Source of the DNA: an uncultured bacterium
GTDB lineage: Bacteria; Bacillota_I; Bacilli_A; RFN20; CAG-826
Reading direction: 5' to 3'
DNA: 64,000 bases
NCBI GenBank assembly: GCA_949295325.1
Contig: CASFKG010000001.1
Location: 263,665 to 327,664, forward strand
The position numbers were made by a program, and so were the translations under genes. The stretch's first letter is position 1. Each line of letters begins with the position of its first letter. The notes under the pieces are model-generated. The model was not told the origin of the DNA. It was given only the letters and a program-made list of their open reading frames with translations, and ran no database searches. Below are positions 57,076 through 64,000 of this stretch, in pieces.

Positions 57076-59060
57076 TTCGAGTTCCTTTCCGCTTTCGCTT
57101 CGATGATGATGTCGCGTATCCTCGCCGCGGTTTCGAAATCGTAGGCGCGCGCGGCTAAGCGCATCTGTTTTTCGAGATCCTTCATCTGCCGGTCGAATTC
57201 CTTCTGCGATACGGCCTTCTTGGGCTTAAGCATCTCCTCGGCCTCGTCCTCCATGTTGCTTAGAGGCGGCCTGATTTCCTTGTGGACGGAAGTCGGCACG
57301 ATGCCGTTTTCCTCGTTGTAGCGGGTCTGTATTTCCCTCCGGCGCTTCGTTTCGTCGATCGCGGCCTTCATGGATTCCGTGATGGAGTCGGCGAACATGA
57401 TGACCTTGCCGTGGACGTTGCGCGCGGCCCGGCCGATTATCTGGATGAGCGACCTTTCGGACCGCAAAAACCCCTCCTTGTCCGCGTCCAATATGCAGAT
57501 GAGGCTCACTTCGGGAATGTCCAGGCCTTCCCTAAGCAAATTGATCCCGACCAGAACGTCGTACTTGCCCTTGCGGAGCTGGTAGATGATTTCCGTCCTT
57601 TCAAGCGTCTTGGTTTCGTTATGGAGATAGGCGACCTTGATGCCTTCGGACCGCAGGTAGGCGGTCAGGTCTTCCGCCATCTTGATGGTAAGGGTGACGA
57701 CCATCGTCCGTTCCCCCGCGGCGTTCCTCTTCCTTATCTCGTCGAGGAGGACGTTGACCTGCCCCATCGGGGGCCTTACCTCGATTTCGGGATCGAGCAA
57801 ACCGGTCGGGCGGATTATCTGCTCGATGACCTGGTTCCCGCACTTCTCGAGTTCGTAGTCGCCCGGGGTCGCGGAAGTGCAGATGACGGAATTCGGCATG
57901 AGGGACTCGAATTCCTCGAACCGGAGCGGCCGGTTGTCGAGGGCGCTCGGCAGCCTGAATCCGTATTCCACGAGGGATAGCTTCCGGGAATGGTCGCCGT
58001 TGTACATCCCCCTTATCTGGGGGAAGGTGACGTGGCTTTCGTCCACGAGGAGGAGGAAATCCTTGGGGAAATAGTCGAGCAGCGTGAAAGGCCTCTCCCC
58101 GGGCTTGCGGCCGTCGATGTGCCGCGAGTAGTTTTCGATGCCGGGGCAGCGCCCGAACTCGAGGAGGGAATCGATGTCCTGGAGCGTCCGGTTCCTCAGC
58201 CTTTCCTCCTCGAGGTACTTGCCCTCGTCGTGGAACCGCTTGAGGCAGACTTCGAGTTCCGCCTTGATGGACTCGGTCGCCCTTTCTATCTTCCGGCGGC
58301 TGGAAACGTGGTCATAGGCCGGGTAGATGGGGTAGGTATGGAACCTGTTGGTGATCTGCCCGCTCAGCGAATCGACCTCGTAGATGGCCTCGAGGCTGTC
58401 CTCGAACATGTCGAGGCGGACGAACCTGTCGCTCGAGGTCAAGGGCATTATGTCGATGACGTCCCCGTGGACCCGGAACTGTCCGGGCGAAAGGTCCAGC
58501 TGGTTGCGCACGTACTGGGATTCGACGAGACGGGAGTAGAGTTTTTTCCTATCGAGTTCCTCCCCGACGCGCAGTTCGAAGGTAAGGCCCCTATATTCCT
58601 CCGGATCGCCGAGCGCGTATATCGCGGCGACCGAGGCCACGACGATGGTGTCGCGCCTTTCCAATATCGAATTGACGGCGCTCGTGCGCAGCATTTCGAT
58701 CTCGTCGTTCATGACCGCGTTTTTCTCTATGTAGGTATCGGTTTTCGGTATGTAGGCCTCGGGCTGGTAGAAGTCGAAATTGGAAACGAAGTACTCGACC
58801 CGGTTATGGGGGAAAAGTTCCTTGAACTCCCCGTAGAGCTGCGAGGCCAGGGTCTTGTTGTGGACGATGACCAAAGTGGGTTTGTTCAAAGCAGCGACGA
58901 TATTGGCGTCGGTAAAGGTCTTGCCCGTCCCGGTCGCCCCTTTTATGACCTGGACGTGCTTCCCGCGGGCCACGCCTTCGAGGGCCTGCCTGATGGCCTC
59001 GGGCTGGTCGCCGGTGGGCCTATAGGGGGAAACGAGCTCGAAAGGATGGCTATCGTCCAT
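57072..59060 (-). CDS. uvrB: Excinuclease ABC subunit B
   Basis: GATGTGKTFT Walker A and full-length UvrB architecture (662 aa) including the C-terminal UvrB/UvrC interaction region. Confidence 0.95.
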   Translation of the reverse strand: MDDSHPFELVSPYRPTGDQPEAIRQALEGVARGKHVQVIKGATGTGKTFTDANIVAALNKPTLVIVHNKTLASQLYGEFKELFPHNRVEYFVSNFDFYQPEAYIPKTDTYIEKNAVMNDEIEMLRTSAVNSILERRDTIVVASVAAIYALGDPEEYRGLTFELRVGEELDRKKLYSRLVESQYVRNQLDLSPGQFRVHGDVIDIMPLTSSDRFVRLDMFEDSLEAIYEVDSLSGQITNRFHTYPIYPAYDHVSSRRKIERATESIKAELEVCLKRFHDEGKYLEEERLRNRTLQDIDSLLEFGRCPGIENYSRHIDGRKPGERPFTLLDYFPKDFLLLVDESHVTFPQIRGMYNGDHSRKLSLVEYGFRLPSALDNRPLRFEEFESLMPNSVICTSATPGDYELEKCGNQVIEQIIRPTGLLDPEIEVRPPMGQVNVLLDEIRKRNAAGERTMVVTLTIKMAEDLTAYLRSEGIKVAYLHNETKTLERTEIIYQLRKGKYDVLVGINLLREGLDIPEVSLICILDADKEGFLRSERSLIQIIGRAARNVHGKVIMFADSITESMKAAIDETKRRREIQTRYNEENGIVPTSVHKEIRPPLSNMEDEAEEMLKPKKAVSQKEFDRQMKDLEKQMRLAARAYDFETAARIRDIIIEAKAERNSK

Positions 59061-60054
59061 CTTCCTTCTCCTCGGATTTCGACGATTCCGGCGGGGTATT
59101 GCCGCGTTTTCTCGCCACGTTGCCGCGGAATGGCTCGAAACCTTCGCCGTTTATGGTCTTGGCGACGCTGAAGGAAACGAAGGCCCGGGGATCGATGGAG
59201 GCGATGAAGTCGCTTAGTTCCTTCATCTCCCGGCGGTAGATGACCACCCTTATCATCGTCCGGCTGTCCCCGGTATACCCGCCGACCGTATCCACGAGCG
59301 TCGTGCCGTGGTCCATCTCGGAATGGATGTATTCGGTGATTTCGCGGGGGTGGAGCGAAATTATGTCAACGATGAGGCAGGTATTGCCCTGAACGTATAT
59401 GTACTGGATGAGAAGCGCGGCGACGAAGGCACTGATGATGCCGATCAATAGCGAGGCATAGTCCCGCAATACCAGTAGGCCCGCCAGTATCGTCACCGCG
59501 TCGATGACGAAGCTCGATACCCCTTCCTTGACATTCGTGTATTTGCTCACGATGAAGGTAAGGACGTCGAAGCCGCCCGTGGAACCGTTGCCGAGGAAGG
59601 TCAGCGCGCAGCCGGCTCCCCCGAAGATGCCGCCGAAAATGCCGGCCAGGAAGGTCGTCATGAGCGGTTCGCTTTCTTTGTAGGCCATGAGCGATTCGGT
59701 GAGGCCGCTTCCGACCTTGAAGCGGAAGAAAAGGGTATAGAAAAGCGGATAGACGAGAGTGGCTAAAAGCGTATGCGCGGAGAATTTCTTCCCGAGCACG
59801 AAAAGGCCGAGGAAGAAGAAGGCTACCTGGAAGGAAGCGACCACGATGTCGTTGATGAGCACCGACCCGCCGGCGAAGTGGGCGGCGATGATGCCGATGG
59901 AAACGGCCCCGCCGGAAACGATTTCGAAGGGCGTGAAGAACACCGCGTCGCCAAAGGCGAGCAGGACGCAGCCCAGCATTACGAGGACGACGTTTTTCAG
60001 GTAACCGAAAAGTTTGTGGCGGGATATGAGGGGCTTCCTGCCTCTAATGCCCAT
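59050..60054 (-). CDS. YitT-family membrane protein (DUF161) with a C-terminal DUF2179-like domain
   Basis: Polytopic N-terminal half plus a soluble C-terminal domain; 334 aa. The family call is by resemblance only. Confidence 0.5.
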   Translation of the reverse strand: MGIRGRKPLISRHKLFGYLKNVVLVMLGCVLLAFGDAVFFTPFEIVSGGAVSIGIIAAHFAGGSVLINDIVVASFQVAFFFLGLFVLGKKFSAHTLLATLVYPLFYTLFFRFKVGSGLTESLMAYKESEPLMTTFLAGIFGGIFGGAGCALTFLGNGSTGGFDVLTFIVSKYTNVKEGVSSFVIDAVTILAGLLVLRDYASLLIGIISAFVAALLIQYIYVQGNTCLIVDIISLHPREITEYIHSEMDHGTTLVDTVGGYTGDSRTMIRVVIYRREMKELSDFIASIDPRAFVSFSVAKTINGEGFEPFRGNVARKRGNTPPESSKSEEKEDGR

Positions 60055-61148
60055 TGCGGGCCTCCATTTCGAGGTAGCCGAAGATGAAGGGATCGAGGTT
60101 TCCGTCCATGGTCCCGTTTATGTCGCTTGTTTCGTATCCCGTCCGGTTGTCCTTGACCATCGTGTAGGGACAGAAGACGTAGCTTCTTATCTGGCTCCCC
60201 CATTCGATGTTCTTCTGTTCCCCGACGATGCTCTTGAGCTGCCTTTCCCTCTCCTCGATCTTCCTCTGCATGAGTTTGGCCTTGAGCATCTGCATGCACG
60301 TTTCCTTGTTGAAGAGCTGCGAACGCTCGACCATGCACGAGACCACGATCCCGGTCGGAAGGTGGGTAATGCGGACGGCGCTGCTTACCTTGTTGACGTT
60401 CTGGCCGCCGGCGCCGCCGGAACGGAAGGTGTCGACCTTGAGGTCCTTGGGGTTGATTTCTATTTCGTCGACTTCTTTGAACTCCGGCACGACCGATACC
60501 GAGGCAAAGGAGGTATGCCTTCTCGCGTTGCTGTCGAAAGGCGAGATGCGGACCAGCCGGTGGACGCCCTTCTCGGATTTGAGCATGCCGTAGGCATTGT
60601 GGCCCGAAATCCTTACGGTCGCGGACTTGCAGCCCGCTTCCTCGCCGGGTTCGTAGTCGAGCACTTCCCATTTGAACCTGTGGTTTTCGCAGAAGCGGGA
60701 ATACATGCGCAGCAGCATTTCCGCCCAGTCCATGGCCTCGGTCCCGCCGGCCCCGGGATGGATTTCGAATATGACGTTGAGCGAGTCGTAGGGTCCGCTG
60801 AAAAGAAGGTCGTTGCGGAGCGCCTTTATCTCGCTTAGCAGCTCCGTCTCCAGCTCGTCGGCGAGTTCGGCGCTTTCGGGGTCGTCCCCCATCTCGAGCA
60901 AATCGCCGAGGTCCTTTTGGCCGGCGACGATTTTCCTATAGCTACTGGCCTTGGACTTCAGGTCGCTCAGTTCGCCCATCAGGGCGCTCGCGGCCCGGTG
61001 GTCGTCCCAGAATCCTTCCTCTTCCTGCCTGTGTTCTATTTCCGCGATGCGGGAATCGATCTTGGGCAGGTCAAAGTGAGCCGCCGAGGCTCTTTACGTA
61101 TTCGGCAATCTCGGCGGCGGTCGTCTTCAAAGTGTAGTTATCCCTCAT
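60044..61148 (-). CDS. prfB: Peptide chain release factor 2, translated through a programmed +1 frameshift
   Basis: Frame 1 reads MRDNYTLKTTAAEIAEYVKSLGGSL and ends at CTT TGA C. The +1 frame continues DLPKIDSRIAEIEH... into the ORF carrying SPF and GGQ. The ATG at 61148 overlaps the secA stop as ATGA. Confidence 0.9.
61070..61076 (-). promoter_or_regulatory. prfB: RF2 autoregulatory +1 frameshift site CUU UGA C
   Basis: gtcaaag at 61070-61076 on the plus strand is CTTTGAC on the coding strand, joining the two prfB reading frames. Confidence 0.85.
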
Positions 61149-63565
61149 TTGTCTTCCTCCTTCTTGTCGCTTTCTCCTGCGGCCGGCCGGGTTTCCTCCG
61201 CCGGCTTGGGTTCCTCTTTCTTCACGAGCCTGACGTTTAGGAGGTTGAACGCGTCGTCCACGGCGATGTTGTCGTTCATTTCCTTGAAGAGGTCGTAGCC
61301 TTCGTTGACGTAGTCCTGGAGCGGATTGGTCTGGGCATAGGAGCGCAATCCGATGCCCTCCCGGAGGTGGCTCATGGTATCGATGTGCTTGGTCCAGTTG
61401 CGGTCGATGACCGACAGCGTTACCTGCCTTTCGACCTGGTCGGCGGCTTCGGCGGGCCAGGTCTTCCTCTTCTCGAGATAGTGGCGGTAAAGCATCTCGC
61501 CCAGGTCTTCCCCGGCTTCGTCTTCCGGCGCGCCGTCGTAGGCGGAGACGTTCAGGCTTCCTTCGGGCAAAAAGCGCGGTTCCACGAGACGGCGGAGGTA
61601 TTCCCCGGCTATGGTGCCGTCGTTGCGGTCGGTGGCCAGGGCCTTGTGGGCGAGGCAGGAGCCGGCGGTCTTGAACATGTCGTAGACGAGGTCGACGATG
61701 TCCTCGGCATAGAGGATGCGGTCGCGCTTGTCGTAGATTATCTGCCTTTGCTTGGCGAGGACGTCGTCGTAGTCTAGCAAATTCTTGCGGATATCGAAGT
61801 TCTTCCCCTCGATCTGCTTCTGGGCATTGGTGACGACGTTGGCGATGGTCCGCGACTCGTAGCTGTCGTCCTGGAGCGAATTGGCCACCATGGCGCGGAC
61901 GTTGTCGGGAACGAAGCGGCGCATGAGTTCGTCGTCCATGGCGACGTAGAAGCGGGTATAGCCGGGGTCGCCTTGGCGGCCGGAACGGCCGCGGAGCTGG
62001 TTATCGATGCGGCGGGATTCGTGGCGTTCGGTTCCGAAGACGCAGAGTCCCCCCAGCTCCTTCACGCCTTCGCCGAGCTTGATGTCGGTGCCGCGGCCGG
62101 CCATGTTGGTCGCCAGCGTGACGGCGCCCTTTTCGCCGGCCTTGGCGATTATTTCGGCTTCGCGGGCCTGGTTTTTGGCATTGAGCACCTCGTGCGGGAT
62201 GCCGGCGGCATCGAGCAGATGGCTGATTTCCTCGTTGCTTTCCACCGAGACGGTGCCGATGAGGACCGGCTGGCCGGTCTCGTGGCGCCTCTTGACCTCT
62301 TCGACGAGGGCCTTGAGCTTAAAGGCGTGGCTAGCGAATATCAAATCGGTATCGTCGACGCGGATTACCGGCCTGTTGGTCGGGATGACGATGACCTTCA
62401 TGTTGTAGATCTTCTCGAATTCCTCTTCCTCGGTCTTCGCGGTGCCGGTCATGCCGGAAAGCTTCTTGTATAGACGGAAGAAGTTCTGGTAGGTAATCGT
62501 GGCCAATACGACGGTTTCCTGCTTGATCTCCACGCCTTCCTTGGCCTGGATGGCCTGCTGCAGCCCGTCGTTGTACTCGCGGCCCTTGAGGATGCGGCCG
62601 GTGAACTGGTCGATGAGCTGGATGGTATGGTCCTTGTCCACCATGTACTCGACGTCGCGGGTCATGATGTAGTTGGCCTTGAGGGCCTGGTGGATCCGGT
62701 GGACCAGTTCCTGGTTTTCGGGATCGTAGAGGTTCTTCACCCCGAACATGCGTTCGGCCTTGTTGTTGCCCTCGTCGGTCAAAGAGGCGGTCTTGGTCTT
62801 GATGTCTATGGTGAAATCGCGTTCCTTCCTCAGAGATTTGACGAACCGGTCGGCTACCTGGTACTGGCTGGCCGCGGCCTTCTGCCCGCCCGAAATGATC
62901 AAGGGGGTACGGGATTCGTCGATGAGGATGGAGTCGGCTTCGTCGACGACCGCGAACTTGAGTCCGCGGAGCACGCGCCCCTTGAGGCTCGGGGCCATGT
63001 TGTCGCGCAGATAGTCGAACCCGAGTTCGGAGTTGGTCGTGTAGGTGATGTCGCAGGCATAGGCCTCGCGCTTCTCGGCGGCCGTCTTGCTGTGGAGGTT
63101 GACCCCGACGGTAAGACCGAGGAAGCGGTAGATCTGGCCCATCCAGTCCGCGTCGCGGGCGGCCAGATATTCGTTGACGGTGACGACGTGGACGCCTTCG
63201 CCGGTCAGGGCGTTCAGGTAGACGGCCATGGTCGCGGTAAGGGTTTTGCCCTCGCCGGTTTTCATTTCGGCGATGTCGCCGTTATTGAGGACCAAAGCGC
63301 CGATTATCTGCACCTTGAAGGGGAATTGCCCCAAGGTGCGCCGGGCGCCTTCCCGGGCGACGGCGAAGGCTTCGTACTTGATTTCGTCCAGGGTCAAGGA
63401 ACCGTCCTTCAGTCCTTCCTGGTAATGCTTGGTATAGGCCCTCAGTTCGTCGTCGGTCTTCGCCTTCATGGTCTCTTCGTAGGAGAGGACCCGATCGGCT
63501 TCACGGGCGTACCTGTTCAGTTCCCTCTGCTCGAGGTGGAATAGCTTTTCTATGATGTTTGCCAC
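61145..63565 (-). CDS. secA: Preprotein translocase ATPase SecA
   Basis: MANIIEKLFHLEQRELNRY..., Walker motifs, 806 aa. Conserved secA-prfB arrangement. Confidence 0.95.
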   Translation of the reverse strand: MANIIEKLFHLEQRELNRYAREADRVLSYEETMKAKTDDELRAYTKHYQEGLKDGSLTLDEIKYEAFAVAREGARRTLGQFPFKVQIIGALVLNNGDIAEMKTGEGKTLTATMAVYLNALTGEGVHVVTVNEYLAARDADWMGQIYRFLGLTVGVNLHSKTAAEKREAYACDITYTTNSELGFDYLRDNMAPSLKGRVLRGLKFAVVDEADSILIDESRTPLIISGGQKAAASQYQVADRFVKSLRKERDFTIDIKTKTASLTDEGNNKAERMFGVKNLYDPENQELVHRIHQALKANYIMTRDVEYMVDKDHTIQLIDQFTGRILKGREYNDGLQQAIQAKEGVEIKQETVVLATITYQNFFRLYKKLSGMTGTAKTEEEEFEKIYNMKVIVIPTNRPVIRVDDTDLIFASHAFKLKALVEEVKRRHETGQPVLIGTVSVESNEEISHLLDAAGIPHEVLNAKNQAREAEIIAKAGEKGAVTLATNMAGRGTDIKLGEGVKELGGLCVFGTERHESRRIDNQLRGRSGRQGDPGYTRFYVAMDDELMRRFVPDNVRAMVANSLQDDSYESRTIANVVTNAQKQIEGKNFDIRKNLLDYDDVLAKQRQIIYDKRDRILYAEDIVDLVYDMFKTAGSCLAHKALATDRNDGTIAGEYLRRLVEPRFLPEGSLNVSAYDGAPEDEAGEDLGEMLYRHYLEKRKTWPAEAADQVERQVTLSVIDRNWTKHIDTMSHLREGIGLRSYAQTNPLQDYVNEGYDLFKEMNDNIAVDDAFNLLNVRLVKKEEPKPAEETRPAAGESDKKEEDK

Positions 63566-63653
63566 AATAAACTCCCAAAGTCGTTAGGTATTTTACCATC
63601 TGTTGCCTTTTTAGCATAGGCGGCCTAAAGGCCGCGAACGGGGAGGCGGAAAA

Positions 63654-64000
63654 CTACGCAAACACGCCGTTTCCGTCTTCGATATCCCCTTTTTGCGGCG
63701 TTTTCCCGGAAGTCCTGGCCAAAAACAGGGCCTTGAGGGACTTCGGGCCCAGCGACGACAATATTTTCAGGCAGGCCCTCGCCGTGGCTCCGGTCGTGAA
63801 GACGTCGTCCACGAAAAGTATCTTCTTCCCCCCGAGATCGATGTTCTCCCGAAGTCCGATGTGCTTTCCTATTTCCTGCCTTTTGTGGGCGCTGCTTCCG
63901 GCCTGTTTCACGTCGTCTTTCTTCTCGAGTGCCTCAATTATCGGGAGACCCAAGGGCCGGAAGGCTTCCACCACGTGGTTATAGCCGCGTTCCTCGTCGT
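63654..64000 (-). CDS. ComF-family phosphoribosyltransferase-domain protein (ComFC-like). Partial: the 5' end lies beyond the window.
   Basis: PRTase motif ILFVDDVFTTGAT. The frame stays open to the window edge, and comF-secA-prfB synteny is typical of Firmicutes. Confidence 0.55.
   Translation of the reverse strand, partial: DEERGYNHVVEAFRPLGLPIIEALEKKDDVKQAGSSAHKRQEIGKHIGLRENIDLGGKKILFVDDVFTTGATARACLKILSSLGPKSLKALFLARTSGKTPQKGDIEDGNGVFA

Noticed and set aside
1-64000. CRISPR arrays, rRNA or tRNA genes, integrase, transposase or recombinase genes
   Set aside because: I found no short direct repeats with regular spacing, no tRNA-like structures at the island edges, and no ORF with DDE, tyrosine- or serine-recombinase motifs in any frame.

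Overview
The window looks like a Gram-positive-type (Firmicutes-like) chromosome of roughly 58-62% GC, interrupted by a low-GC (about 40%) island of about 26 kb from roughly 3,905 to 29,960. Almost every gene is on the minus strand. Conserved housekeeping genes are folD, secG, uvrB, prfB with its programmed +1 frameshift, secA and the start of a comFC-like gene. A sugar-utilisation locus (sugar ABC transporter, AraC regulator), a FucNAc-type polysaccharide locus and the GH13/GalE/gatCAB/surface-protein block also lie in the native-GC regions. The island itself has no integrase, transposase or tRNA, and carries three modules. The first is defence-like: an HTH gene plus an OLD-family ATPase/TOPRIM nuclease, a small nucleotidyltransferase-fold gene, and a 908-aa SF1B helicase with an uncharacterised N-terminal domain of about 490 aa. 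A palindromic TTGCCAA/TTGGCAA motif flanks the HTH/OLD pair. The second module is a complete but partly decayed Wzx/Wzy-type polysaccharide locus (two paralogous broken GT2 genes, an acetyltransferase frameshifted at a C6 tract, long AT-rich gaps). The third is a GH32 fructosidase. The island's right edge sits next to a short LacI-type gene that may be a truncated regulator. No rRNA, tRNA, CRISPR array or recognisable mobile-element gene was found. Protein family calls rest on motifs I could read directly (Walker A/B, TOPRIM EG..D/DxD, GSx(9-13)DxD, GGQ/SPF, WMNDPNG, amidase signature); none of them was checked against a database.
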